Part shown: positions 1-9,285 of the stretch, piece by piece
Position numbering within the stretch: the stretch's first letter is position 1
Layout of the letters: each line of letters begins with the position of its first letter
Origin: an uncultured Thioalkalivibrio sp.
GTDB taxonomy: Bacteria; Pseudomonadota; Gammaproteobacteria; Steroidobacterales; XN24
Assembly: GCA_964441585.1 (NCBI GenBank)
Contig: CAYTXS010000001.1
Span: 1-61,973 of the forward strand
DNA length: 61,973 nucleotides
Direction: 5' to 3'
Made by a program: the position numbers and the translations under genes
Notes under the pieces: model-generated
Databases searched by the model: none
The model's input: only the letters and a program-made list of their open reading frames with translations
What the model was told of the DNA's origin: nothing

Positions 1-343
1 CCAGGTCCGTCACGACCTGGTCCCAGAGCAGTTCGCCCTTGAAGTCGATGCTGTATTGCTCTGCGACATGCCGCGTCTCAGCGCGTACGCGGAACTCGCC
101 GAGCGTGAGCCGGTCGAGGTTGGGCACGTCGCTCCAGCGCGCCCCCGCCGCGGTCTCGATGAAACCGGTCCAGTCGAGCCCCTGCTGTTCCTCGGCCCAC
201 GGGTCTTCCCAGTCCGCTTCCTCGAAAGCGGCGAAAGGATCGTCCTCGGCGGCGGCGTCCGCGTCCTGCGCGAGCGCCGGGTCGCCGCCACCTGCGCACA
301 GCAGCAGCGCACCGCAGAACAACCTGGCTCGCACAAGGCGCAT
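1..343 (-). CDS. Exported outer-membrane beta-barrel-like protein (DUF1302-like), 5' part only; runs off the window edge
   Basis: Manual translation from ATG at 343: MRLVRARLFCGALLLCAGGGDPALAQDADAAAEDDPF...LDWTGFIETAAGARW...YSIDFKGELLWDQV. Signal peptide followed by amphipathic strands; 5 bp after the LolA-like gene. Not in the ORF track because it has no stop within the window. Confidence 0.6.
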   Translation of the reverse strand, partial: MRLVRARLFCGALLLCAGGGDPALAQDADAAAEDDPFAAFEEADWEDPWAEEQQGLDWTGFIETAAGARWSDVPNLDRLTLGEFRVRAETRHVAEQYSIDFKGELLWDQVVTDL

Positions 344-348
344 GGCCG

Positions 349-1155
349 CTATCCGCCGTCCCGCTGCAGCCACCGGGTCGGGGGTTGGCGCAGGTAACGC
401 TCGGAGAAAATGTCCTCCGGCAGTCCGACGTCATATTCGATGGAGCGGAACTCCATCAGTGTGCTGCCCCCCTCGAGCGGCATGCTGATGAGCGAACGGG
501 TGGCCGTCGGGTAGCCCTGCACGTCTTCCACCTCGGCGACCTCCATGACGCGATACACACGGTCCTGGCCGTCGTAATACTCGGTCTTCACCGGCAGGAA
601 GGTGTCGCGGTCGACGCGCGTGACGTAGCGCACGAACTCGACGGCCGCCGGGTCGCGGGGGGTGCTTTCGAGCACGTAATGCGCGTCGGTGGTCTCGACG
701 AGCCGGTGCTCGTCGAGCGCCGGGTTCCGTCCGGAGACATCTTCGTAATAGAAATGCGAGCCGACGAAGCTGGTGCGCTTGTCGCTGGCGCTGATGCGGC
801 GCACGAGATCCAGTCCGGGCAGGTACAGCCAGCGGTCGTCATCCCGGTCCATGTGCTTCGCGACCAGGAACACGGTGCCGCGGACGTCCGACGGGCGCGA
901 GAAGAACACCATGTAATGCTGATCCCCGCCGGCTTCCTCGTTCCGTCGCAACACGGTGAACTGGCGCAGCTGGCGGCGCCCTTGGCTGTCCTCGATCATC
1001 ATGCGCGCCTCGCTGCGTCCATCCTCACCGGAATAATAGGCGGCGAGATTGGCGCGCTCGACGATCTCATCGACGTCGGTCAACGCTTCGCCCGAGGCGA
1101 CGAGCGGCAGTGCGATGCCGGCGAGCAGTGTGACGATCCATTTTCCGGCGTTCAT
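349..1155 (-). CDS. Outer membrane lipoprotein-sorting protein (LolA-like)
   Basis: Signal peptide; motifs FSRPSDVRGTVFL, DDRWLYLPGLDLVRRIS, SFVGSHFYYED; AGGAGG 9 nt before the ATG at 1155. Confidence 0.85.
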   Translation of the reverse strand: MNAGKWIVTLLAGIALPLVASGEALTDVDEIVERANLAAYYSGEDGRSEARMMIEDSQGRRQLRQFTVLRRNEEAGGDQHYMVFFSRPSDVRGTVFLVAKHMDRDDDRWLYLPGLDLVRRISASDKRTSFVGSHFYYEDVSGRNPALDEHRLVETTDAHYVLESTPRDPAAVEFVRYVTRVDRDTFLPVKTEYYDGQDRVYRVMEVAEVEDVQGYPTATRSLISMPLEGGSTLMEFRSIEYDVGLPEDIFSERYLRQPPTRWLQRDGG

Positions 1156-1173
1156 GCTATGCAACCTCCTTGA

Positions 1174-3735
1174 TCAGGCTTCGCTGGTCGACGCCGTGCG
1201 GCCGAGAAACAGCTGCATGACGGCGGGGAGCAGTATGAGGGTGACGAGCGCGGATGCGGCCATAATGCTGGCGAGGAACACGCCGACCGTGATGTAGGGC
1301 ACCAGCGGGGCGAGCAGCAGCGGCGTGAACCCGACCGCGATGACGATGGCGTTGCGGCTGATCGCGCGGGCCGGTTCCTCGAATACTTTGGCCATCGCAG
1401 CGCGCAGGCTTTCGTGGCTGGCCAGCGCTTCGCGTGAGCGCTCGATGAAGTGAATGGCGAAATCGATCGACAGGCCAAGCGTCAGCGCCGAGAGCACGGC
1501 GATCGGCATGTCGTAGTCCTTGCCGATCCAGCCGATGAGCCCGTAGATGAAAGTGATGGTGAACGTCAGCGGCAACATCGCGAGCAGGCCGTAACCGAAG
1601 GAGCGGAACAGGACGATCATCATCACGAGCACGGCGACGAAGGCACCGGCCAGGCTACCCACCATGCCCTTGACCATCGCGTCCTGCCAGACCACGTTCA
1701 GGTAGGTCTTGCCTGCCCAGCGGACCGCCATGCCCTCCGGCGGCGGGTTCTCCTCGAGAAAGGAATCGACGTGTCGCATCACGCGGGTCATGTCCTGGTT
1801 GTCGCCGCTGCTCAGTTGCAGCCAGACGACCGCCCGGTCGTAGGCCGGCGTGACCATGTGCCAGAGATCCTGGGGCCGGTGCGAGGACTGGAACTGCAAG
1901 AGGACCTGAGCCACGGCGGCGCTGCTGTCGGGAATGCGGAAATCTTCCGGCTCGCCACTGAGCAGCTCGCGGTGCACTGTCTTCACGAGATCGGGGAGTG
2001 CATTGCTTTTGCCGACCACGCCGCTCTGCTCGACGTCTTTCTGCAGGGTCTGGATCCAGCGCAATACTTCCGGGCGCTGGAAGTAACGGGCCTCGCGTGC
2101 CACGGCCTCGACTTCACTCAGCAGCGCGTCCAGCGCGTCGAGTTGCTCTCCGTCGGCGTCGAACAGGCGATCCTCCAGCGCCGACATCAGCCGGTCGAGC
2201 CGCTCCGCGCCGACCGTCTCACCGGCCGGCGGTGCGATCTCCTGCCAAGTGTCGCGCGTCGCAGCCGGGGCCGCATCGAGAATATCGGCGACCCGTGCGT
2301 CGATCGCGGCGCGATCGATCTCGCGGGTCCGGTCGAGCACCAGCCATGCGTCGTAAGTGCCGGCGAAATGCCGATTGAGCACCTCGTCAGCGACACGGAT
2401 GCGATGATCCTCCTTGAACCAGCGAATCGGGTTGTCGTTGATCTCGATCCGGGTGATGCCGACCACGCTGGCGGCGAACAGCAAGGTGAATCCCAACAAG
2501 AGTGCGCGATGGCGCGCCAGGGCGAAGTGGCCGACCGGGCGCAGCGCGGTGGCCAGGGGCGAGTCGCCATCGTCCTGGTGCAGCAGTTTCTGCATCCTGG
2601 CGAGGCTGGCGGGCTTCATGCGCGAAACCCAGGCAGGTATGAAGATGATGGTCAGCACGAAGGCGAGCATGATGCCGAAGGCGACATAGGCGCCGAACAC
2701 CTGGACCGGCGGGATCGGGGTCAGCGCGAGCGAGGCGAAGCCCACGCTGGAGGTCACCGAGGTGAACAGCATGGGACGGAACAGGTGGCCCACCACTTCC
2801 CGCATCGTGTCGTCCTGGCTGCGGCCCGGACGGTAGCGATCGGCGAACTCCGACATGATGTGGACGGAATCCACCACCGCGATCGGCATGAGGAAGATCG
2901 GAATCATCGAGCTCATGATGTGGACCGTGAAGCCCATGCCGATCAGCAGGCCCATGGTCGCGATCACCGTCACCATGGCCACGATCATCGGCGCGACGAT
3001 CAACGGCAGGCTGCGGAAGAAAAACCACAGCAGAAGGAAGATGGCCAGACCCGCCAGCGGGGCGGAAATGCCCATCTGCACGAACATCTCGTAACCGAAA
3101 GTGTCCTCGGCCACGGGCAGGCCCGTGATGTGCCAGCTGCCGGTGGCGTCGAATTCCGCCGAGGCCGCCGCAGTGATCGCGCGAATCTCGCCCGCCAGCC
3201 GATGGCTCTCGTCCTTGCTTACGATCGGGACGTAAATCGCTGCCGCGCGCCCGTCGCCGGAGGCCAGCGTGTCCTTCAACAGCGGCAGCCGCTTCACGTC
3301 GTCGCGGATCGCGAGGACGGCTTCGCGCGTCGCGGGCGGCTCGGGCATCAACCACTCGAAGCGCAGCGCACCACGCGCTTCCTGCTCGACGTTATCTGCC
3401 ACCGCCAGTGACATGAGGTCCTGGGGCACCACGCCGTCCAGCTCGAGGATTTCCTCCGTGGCCCGATGCAAGGCGCCCAGGTTGGCCGGGGTATAGATGC
3501 CGTCCGCTTCGTGCGGCTCGACCAGGCCCACGACGATGGCGTCGTGCAGCCCCATTTCGTCCTTGACCTCGTTGTGGAAAACGCGGTCAGGCTGATCCGC
3601 GGGCAGCATGTTCTCCGGATCTGTATCGATGGCGATCCGCGGAATCTGCGCCCCCAGCAGGATCACGAGCAACAGGGCCAGCACATAGACCGTCCGGGGG
3701 CGGCGCAGCGCAAATTCGAGCAATGCCTGTTTCAA
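1174..3735 (-). CDS. MMPL/RND-family efflux permease
   Basis: 853 aa with two TM clusters; IDTDPENMLP, PIAVVDSVH, GLSIDFAIHF motifs; TTG start. Confidence 0.9.
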   Translation of the reverse strand: MKQALLEFALRRPRTVYVLALLLVILLGAQIPRIAIDTDPENMLPADQPDRVFHNEVKDEMGLHDAIVVGLVEPHEADGIYTPANLGALHRATEEILELDGVVPQDLMSLAVADNVEQEARGALRFEWLMPEPPATREAVLAIRDDVKRLPLLKDTLASGDGRAAAIYVPIVSKDESHRLAGEIRAITAAASAEFDATGSWHITGLPVAEDTFGYEMFVQMGISAPLAGLAIFLLLWFFFRSLPLIVAPMIVAMVTVIATMGLLIGMGFTVHIMSSMIPIFLMPIAVVDSVHIMSEFADRYRPGRSQDDTMREVVGHLFRPMLFTSVTSSVGFASLALTPIPPVQVFGAYVAFGIMLAFVLTIIFIPAWVSRMKPASLARMQKLLHQDDGDSPLATALRPVGHFALARHRALLLGFTLLFAASVVGITRIEINDNPIRWFKEDHRIRVADEVLNRHFAGTYDAWLVLDRTREIDRAAIDARVADILDAAPAATRDTWQEIAPPAGETVGAERLDRLMSALEDRLFDADGEQLDALDALLSEVEAVAREARYFQRPEVLRWIQTLQKDVEQSGVVGKSNALPDLVKTVHRELLSGEPEDFRIPDSSAAVAQVLLQFQSSHRPQDLWHMVTPAYDRAVVWLQLSSGDNQDMTRVMRHVDSFLEENPPPEGMAVRWAGKTYLNVVWQDAMVKGMVGSLAGAFVAVLVMMIVLFRSFGYGLLAMLPLTFTITFIYGLIGWIGKDYDMPIAVLSALTLGLSIDFAIHFIERSREALASHESLRAAMAKVFEEPARAISRNAIVIAVGFTPLLLAPLVPYITVGVFLASIMAASALVTLILLPAVMQLFLGRTASTSEA

Positions 3736-3782
3736 GTCCGGTTCTCCGCATTCGCTCCGGGAATCATTGGCACGGATAATAA

Positions 3783-3798
3783 ATTAGAGATCGCTAAT
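3783..3798. promoter_or_regulatory. Inverted repeat ATTAG-N6-CTAAT, candidate repressor operator upstream of the MMPL operon
   Basis: ATTAGagatcgCTAAT in an AT-rich patch about 50 bp upstream of the MMPL start. Confidence 0.4.
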
Positions 3799-3849
3799 AT
3801 GCAATCGGATCTCCTCTCCTCAAGGTGGGCTCCGGTAACGTCGTGCGCC

Positions 3850-3863
3850 TTGACATGGATCAA
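3850..3863. promoter_or_regulatory. FNR/ANR box
   Basis: TTGACatggATCAA, 9/10 match to TTGAT-N4-ATCAA; possible extended -10 (TGGCAAGCT, 3882-3890) at class II spacing toward the gene at 3913. Confidence 0.7.
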
Positions 3864-3912
3864 TCGGGCTAGACTGATGCATGGCAAGCTGGGTGGAGCA
3901 GGAGACAGGCTG

Positions 3913-4152
3913 ATGAACGAGCGGGATCTCGAGACGGCAGTGCTGCGTGCACTCGAACGCGCCGCCGGCGGGCTGGGCGATCGCCCGATCGAACCGGAGC
4001 GGCCGCTGGAGGAGCAGTTCGATCTGGATCGTGATCGCTTCTTCGCGGTCCTGGCCCGTGAGACGGGCATCGATATTCCGATGGCGGACCGGCCGAAGCT
4101 GGTGACGCTGTCCGCCTGCCTCGACTATCTTTCCGGCGATTTGTCGGCCTAG
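3913..4152 (+). CDS. Acyl-carrier-protein-like protein lacking the phosphopantetheine serine
   Basis: 79 aa MNERDLETAVLRAL...PLEEQFDLDRDRFFAVLARETGIDIPMADRPKLVTLSACLDYL; ACP-like GIDIP..D..KL.TL...YL end; GGAGA RBS upstream. Confidence 0.65.
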   Translation: MNERDLETAVLRALERAAGGLGDRPIEPERPLEEQFDLDRDRFFAVLARETGIDIPMADRPKLVTLSACLDYLSGDLSA

Positions 4153-4167
4153 GTTCGGGGGATCGCC

Positions 4168-4635
4168 ATGGACGTTGCAATGCGGGCCCGGATCGCGCGG
4201 GCCACGCGGCTCGCGGGCTGGCTCGACACCGCGTTTCGTATACCCGGCACCCGGATCCGCATCGGCGTGGACCCTCTCCTGGGCCTCGTGCCCGGCCTGG
4301 GCGACGCGGTCGCGGCGCTGTTTGGCGGATTCATCGTCTGGACGGCGGTGCGCGCCGGTGCGCCGCGGCTCGTGGTGGCACGCATGCTGGGCAATGTGGC
4401 GGTCGATGCCATCGTGGGTGCCGTGCCGCTTCTCGGCACGGTGTTCGATGTGGTCTTCAAGGCGCACCAGCGCAATGCGCGGCTGCTTGCCGACTGGACC
4501 GAACAACCCGCCGCCGTCGAGGCGCGCCAGGTCCATTTGCTGGCGGCGCTCGCACTGCTGGTCGCGTCGCTCGCCGTCATCGCCGTCGCGGCCTGTGCCT
4601 TCGGCATCTGGGCATTGCTGCGGCTGTTGGGATAG
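4168..4635 (+). CDS. DUF4112 domain membrane protein
   Basis: LDTAFRIPGTRIRIGVDPLLGLVPGLGD and GAVPLLGTVFDVVFKAHQRNARLL. Confidence 0.85.
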   Translation: MDVAMRARIARATRLAGWLDTAFRIPGTRIRIGVDPLLGLVPGLGDAVAALFGGFIVWTAVRAGAPRLVVARMLGNVAVDAIVGAVPLLGTVFDVVFKAHQRNARLLADWTEQPAAVEARQVHLLAALALLVASLAVIAVAACAFGIWALLRLLG

Positions 4636-4668
4636 GGTGACGGCCAGGCGAGGGCGGGGAGACAATTA

Positions 4669-6210
4669 ATGACGGCGAATGCGATTGGAATCGCCGGGCC
4701 CTCTGATATCGCCGTTCGTGCGGGAACGGCAGTGGCTGGGGCCGGTGGGAACGCCGTCGACGCGGCGGTGGCGGCGGCGCTCGCAGCGCTGTGCACCGAG
4801 GTGGGGATCGTCGGACTCGATGCGGCGGCATACATCACGTTACGCCGCGCCGGAGAGCCGCCGGTGGTGATCGACGGCGGGATCGCGATGCCCGGCCTGG
4901 ACCGTCCTGCGGCGCGTTTCGGTGCAGCGGGTGTTCCGGTAACGCTGGATTACGGTGGTGGCATGCACACGCTGGTAGGGCACGGCACGGTTGGTGTCGG
5001 CGGCGCCGTCGCGGCGCTCGGCCGGGCGGCCGCGGGCTGGGGGCGGCTCGAATGGGCGCAGCTGATCGAGCCGGCAGCCCGCAGCGTGGCGGACGGTTTC
5101 CCGCTGTCGCGCGCCTCCCGCACCTGGCTCGAGTACAGCCATGAAGCCATCTTCGGCCGCCAGGCCGAAAGCGCCGCCGTCATTCACGATGCCGCGGGGA
5201 AGCTCCTCCCGGCCGGCGCGACGATCCGCATCCCCGGGCTTGCCGAAACGCTTGAATCTCTGGCGCTCGAGGGACCGGAAGTTTTTTATTCTGGGCGGAT
5301 TGGCGCGGCGATCGCGGCATGCATCGATGCCGGCGGCGGGCTGATGGGGCATGCCGACCGCTGTGCCTATCGTGCCTTGCAGTGCGCGCCGATCACCTGC
5401 GACGTGGATGACTGGTCGATCGCCGTGCCACCGCCGCCAGCCGTCGGCGGCGCGGCGCTGGCTGCGATGTTGACCCGCATGGCGGGCCTGCCCGAGCGCA
5501 CCTGGACGCCGGCTGCCGTGAATGCGCTGGCCGCCGCGCAGCGCGACGTGTTCGAGCGATTGCGGGAGTTCGCGCCTGCCGTCGGGGACGACCGCTACAT
5601 GGAAGAGCTCTTGGCCTGGGCGTCGTCCGGCGCCATGCCGGGAGCGCGTCGTTCGTCGTCCACCGTGCACGTCTCGACGCTCGACGACAACGGGCTGGCA
5701 TGTGCCGTCACGGCATCCTCCGGTTACGGCTCCGGCCTGCTGGTGCCCGGCACGGGCATCTGGCTGAATAACTGTCTCGGGGAGATGGAATTGAACCCGC
5801 AGGGTTTTCATGCCTTGCCCCCCGGCCAGCGCATCGCCTCGAACATGTCGCCGTGCGTGGCGCGCGGTCCCGGTGGGGCCATGCTGTCGCTCGGCAGCCC
5901 CGGGGCGGAGCGGATCACCACGGCCCTGTTGCAGGTGATCCTGAATTTCATGCGCCTGGGGGTATCGCTCGAGGACGCACTCGCAGCGCCGCGCCTGCAT
6001 GTGGAGCGTGTGGACGAGACCTGGCAGGCTGCCGTGGAGCCGGGACTGCCGCTCGAGGAGGTGGGGCTGCCTTGCAGGCGCTTCGACGAGTTGTCGATGT
6101 TTTTCGGCGGGGCCGGCGCAGTGTTGCGCGACGCCGACGGCAGCCTGGTGGCGGCGGCGGATCCGCGGCGCCAGGGGGGTGCCGTGGTCGTCAGTGCGGA
6201 GCCGGGCTGA
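4669..6210 (+). CDS. Gamma-glutamyltransferase family protein
   Basis: GGNAVDAAVAA, nucleophile region SSSTVHVSTLD, LNNCLGE, LGSPG, AADPRRQG; no signal peptide. Confidence 0.9.
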   Translation: MTANAIGIAGPSDIAVRAGTAVAGAGGNAVDAAVAAALAALCTEVGIVGLDAAAYITLRRAGEPPVVIDGGIAMPGLDRPAARFGAAGVPVTLDYGGGMHTLVGHGTVGVGGAVAALGRAAAGWGRLEWAQLIEPAARSVADGFPLSRASRTWLEYSHEAIFGRQAESAAVIHDAAGKLLPAGATIRIPGLAETLESLALEGPEVFYSGRIGAAIAACIDAGGGLMGHADRCAYRALQCAPITCDVDDWSIAVPPPPAVGGAALAAMLTRMAGLPERTWTPAAVNALAAAQRDVFERLREFAPAVGDDRYMEELLAWASSGAMPGARRSSSTVHVSTLDDNGLACAVTASSGYGSGLLVPGTGIWLNNCLGEMELNPQGFHALPPGQRIASNMSPCVARGPGGAMLSLGSPGAERITTALLQVILNFMRLGVSLEDALAAPRLHVERVDETWQAAVEPGLPLEEVGLPCRRFDELSMFFGGAGAVLRDADGSLVAAADPRRQGGAVVVSAEPG

Positions 6211-6249
6211 GACGCGCTGCTCGGCCGCTCGTGGGCCGCGGGATGCGTG

Positions 6250-6783
6250 TCAGCCGAGGACGGCCAGGACCAGCTTGGCCAGCACCGCGCCCAGCAGGGC
6301 GCCCGCGATGACGTCGCTCGGGTAATGCAGTCCGAGAATCACACGCGACATCGCGATCAGCACGGCGAGCGGCACCAGGAGCCAGGCCATCACGGGCAGG
6401 GCGGTCACGACGATGAGCGTGAATGAAACCGCGTGCAGCGTGTGGCCCGAGGGAAAGCTGTAGCGATCCAGCGCCCGCGCCCCGGCGCGAATGCGCGGGT
6501 GGAGATTGTAAGGGCGTTCGCGGGCGAGCCGATCCTTGAGCAGTCGGTAGACCGCCGTGCCCAGCAGCCCGGCCAAGGCCATGCGTATGCTGGTTTGCAG
6601 TCCCAGGGCGCCGTAGAGCAGCGGCAGCATGGCCATGAGGCCGTACCAGAAAATGCCGTCACCGAGGCGGCTGGCAGCTGAGAACAGCATGAGATTGGGC
6701 GGCCATTCGCAGGAGCGATTGGCACGCAGACAGAAGCGAACTTCCGCAAGTTCCAGCCTCGCCAACCAGCCTGCTGCCGCCAT
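6250..6783 (-). CDS. PAP2-family phosphatase
   Basis: K...RERP, SFPSGH, SRVILGLHYPSDV. Confidence 0.9.
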   Translation of the reverse strand: MAAAGWLARLELAEVRFCLRANRSCEWPPNLMLFSAASRLGDGIFWYGLMAMLPLLYGALGLQTSIRMALAGLLGTAVYRLLKDRLARERPYNLHPRIRAGARALDRYSFPSGHTLHAVSFTLIVVTALPVMAWLLVPLAVLIAMSRVILGLHYPSDVIAGALLGAVLAKLVLAVLG

Positions 6784-6853
6784 GCGCCGTCACGGGTGAC
6801 TTCGATGGCTGCGCAGTGTGGTGGTGGCGCGCTACACGCGGATGAACGCTGCG

Positions 6854-7891
6854 CTACGAAGAGATGACGCTGCCATTGGCAGGTTGATCGCGGAATGGCT
6901 CGGAAATCGCCTCGACGGTGGCGTAGGCCTCTCCGGGTCGTTCCATGCGGGCGACATGGAACAAAGCGTCGCCCTCATTGACCAGCGGCAGGCTGTTGCA
7001 CCCGATCACGATGCCCGCATGCACAGCGGACACCGGGACGTCGTGCGCGCCGAAAGGGTCGGACACCTGCCCCAGGGTTTCCCCCGCCGACACTCTCTGC
7101 CCCAGTCTCACGGTCGTGCGCAGGATTCCCCCCTCGGGCGCACGCACCCAGTAGCTGCTGTCGGCAACCACCGGCTTGACGGGACGCGACGGCTTTCGCT
7201 TCGCGCGCAGCATGTCGAGCTTGCGCATCACCTCGATGATTCCGGCCACGCCGATGCGAATGGACATCTCGTCAAAACGCAGCGCTTCACCCGCCTCGTA
7301 GATCAGCGTCGGAATGCCTTTTTCCGCCGCGGCCTCGCGCAGCGATCCGTCACGCAGCCGTGAGTCGAGAACCACCGGCGCGCCGAAGGCCAGCGCGAGG
7401 CGTCGCGTCTCCGGGTCGTCGAGCTGGGCGCGCACCTGCGGCAGGTTGCTGCGGTGGATCGCGCCGGTGTGGAGGTCGACTCCGTGGGTGCAGCGGGCGA
7501 CGATCTCGGTCATGAACTGGTGGGCGAGCCGCGCCGCGAGCGAGCCGCGTTCAGAGCCGGGGAAGCTGCGATTCAGGTCGCGCCGGTCCGGCAGATAGCG
7601 CGCGTGATGGAGGAGGCCGAACACGTTGACCACCGGCACCAGCAGCAGGGTGCCGCGCAGCCCGGCCAGCGGCCTGGCGCGGATCCGGCGGATGATCTCG
7701 ATGCCGTTGAGCTCGTCGCCGTGGATCGCCGCGCTGATGAACAGCCGGGGGCCGGGTCGCCTTCCGTTGATGACCCACACCGGCATGTCCACCGGCACAT
7801 GCGTGTGCAGCATGCCTACGGGCAGCGACAGCCCCCGTCGTTCGCCGGGGGCGATGACGGTACCGCCGATCGTGATCGTCGCTCCGGCCAT
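6854..7891 (-). CDS. Succinylglutamate desuccinylase/aspartoacylase family (M14) protein
   Basis: AAIHGDELNG, DLNRSFPG, DLHTG, YEAGE and a C-terminal biotinyl-lipoyl-like segment. Confidence 0.9.
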   Translation of the reverse strand: MAGATITIGGTVIAPGERRGLSLPVGMLHTHVPVDMPVWVINGRRPGPRLFISAAIHGDELNGIEIIRRIRARPLAGLRGTLLLVPVVNVFGLLHHARYLPDRRDLNRSFPGSERGSLAARLAHQFMTEIVARCTHGVDLHTGAIHRSNLPQVRAQLDDPETRRLALAFGAPVVLDSRLRDGSLREAAAEKGIPTLIYEAGEALRFDEMSIRIGVAGIIEVMRKLDMLRAKRKPSRPVKPVVADSSYWVRAPEGGILRTTVRLGQRVSAGETLGQVSDPFGAHDVPVSAVHAGIVIGCNSLPLVNEGDALFHVARMERPGEAYATVEAISEPFRDQPANGSVISS

Positions 7892-7903
7892 CGAAGACTC
7901 CGT

Positions 7904-8809
7904 TCAGCCCTTGCCGCGCGTCTTGGTGCCGTGGGGGCGGGCTTTCTTCTCGATGAAATCGATCACCATGGCCGCCACGTCCTTGCCCGTGGCCCGCTCG
8001 ATGCCTTCGAGTCCCGGCGAAGAGTTCACTTCGAGCACCAGTGGTCCTTCCTTGCCGCGGACGATGTCCACGCCGGCGACGTTGAGGCCCACTGTCTTGG
8101 CGGCTCGCACCGCCGTGGCGCGCTCCTGCGGGGTCAGCTTGACGACCGACGCTGAGCCGCCACGATGCAGGTTGGAGCGGAACTCCCCTTCCTTGGCCTG
8201 GCGCAGCATGGCGGCGACGACCCGGTCGCCGATGACAAAGGCGCGAACATCGGCGCCGCCCGCCTCCCGGATGAACTGTTGCACGAGAAAATTGGCGTCC
8301 AGTTCGCGAAACGCGTCGATCACGCTTTCCGCGGCCTTCGTGGTTTCGGCGAGTATGACTCCGCGTCCCTGGGTGCCCTGCAACAGCTTGAGCACCAGCG
8401 GCGCGCCGCCGACGAGGCGCACCAGGGTCTTGGTGTCGTGCGGCGAGTGCGCGAATGCGGTGACGGGCAAGCCGATGCCGGCCCGCGCCAGCAGCTGCAG
8501 CGAGCGCAGCTTGTCGCGGCTCCGCCCGATGGCCACGGATTCGTTGACCGGGTAGACGCCCATGACCTCGAACTGGCGCAGCACCGCGAGGGCGTAAAAG
8601 GTCACGGAGGCGCCGATCCGTGGAATGACCGCGTCGAAGCGCGGCAGGATTTCGCCCCGGTGGTGAACGGCAGGACGATGCGACGTCACGTCCATGACGC
8701 ACTTCAACGGATCCACGACAGTCACTTCGTGCTCGCGTTGCTGGGCGGCTTCGATCAGCCGGCGGGTCGAGTAAAGCTGCCGGTTTCTCGACAGGATGGC
8801 GATATGCAT
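7904..8809 (-). CDS. rimK: 30S ribosomal protein S6-L-glutamate ligase (ATP-grasp)
   Basis: [51 protein letters not shown]; start overlaps the upstream stop (TGATG). Confidence 0.95.
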   Translation of the reverse strand: MHIAILSRNRQLYSTRRLIEAAQQREHEVTVVDPLKCVMDVTSHRPAVHHRGEILPRFDAVIPRIGASVTFYALAVLRQFEVMGVYPVNESVAIGRSRDKLRSLQLLARAGIGLPVTAFAHSPHDTKTLVRLVGGAPLVLKLLQGTQGRGVILAETTKAAESVIDAFRELDANFLVQQFIREAGGADVRAFVIGDRVVAAMLRQAKEGEFRSNLHRGGSASVVKLTPQERATAVRAAKTVGLNVAGVDIVRGKEGPLVLEVNSSPGLEGIERATGKDVAAMVIDFIEKKARPHGTKTRGKG

Positions 8810-9282
8810 CAATTGTTCTCCGTGGGGGCCGCGCGTGCTTTGCGGGCGCGGCCCAGGCAATAAGACCTGTCGGGGTCCACGACAAAGCGCCCGCGCAGTG
8901 CGGTACGACCCAGCAGCATGCGAAAGCGCATCGGGTCGCGGTCCGTCAGGGTCATTTCGATAGGCCAGCATAACTGTCCGATGCGCACCTCGCTCTCGAT
9001 GACCCAGCGCCGCTCGCGATGGCCGCCGGAATCCGAGACGACGCGCCGATCGAGTACCGGTGCCTCACAATAGATCGCCGTGCGCCGGTCGCGCTGGTCG
9101 GGGTGAACGCCGAAGCGCACCCAGCGCCGGCCATCGCGCTCAAATGACGTGACCTCGAAAGCGTGCAGTGCCGACGTGCGTGCGCCGGTGTCCACCTTTG
9201 CCTTGATGCGCGCGATGCCCAGCCCGGGCAGGCCGACCCATTCGCGCCAGCCAAGCACCGGCTTCAGCGCCGCGGCCGCCAT
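8809..9282 (-). CDS. RimK-associated retropepsin-like protease ('ATP-dependent zinc protease', RimB-like)
   Basis: [32 protein letters not shown]. Confidence 0.9.
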   Translation of the reverse strand: MAAAALKPVLGWREWVGLPGLGIARIKAKVDTGARTSALHAFEVTSFERDGRRWVRFGVHPDQRDRRTAIYCEAPVLDRRVVSDSGGHRERRWVIESEVRIGQLCWPIEMTLTDRDPMRFRMLLGRTALRGRFVVDPDRSYCLGRARKARAAPTENN

Positions 9283-9285
9283 GCC

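Noticed and set aside
1450-3411. 653-aa plus-strand ORF and many similar long antisense ORFs (e.g. 12400-14328, 18190-20142, 31969-33930, 33952-35820, 47120-48640)
   Set aside because: They lie antisense to clear genes, have no motifs and show the composition expected of shadow frames in high-GC DNA.
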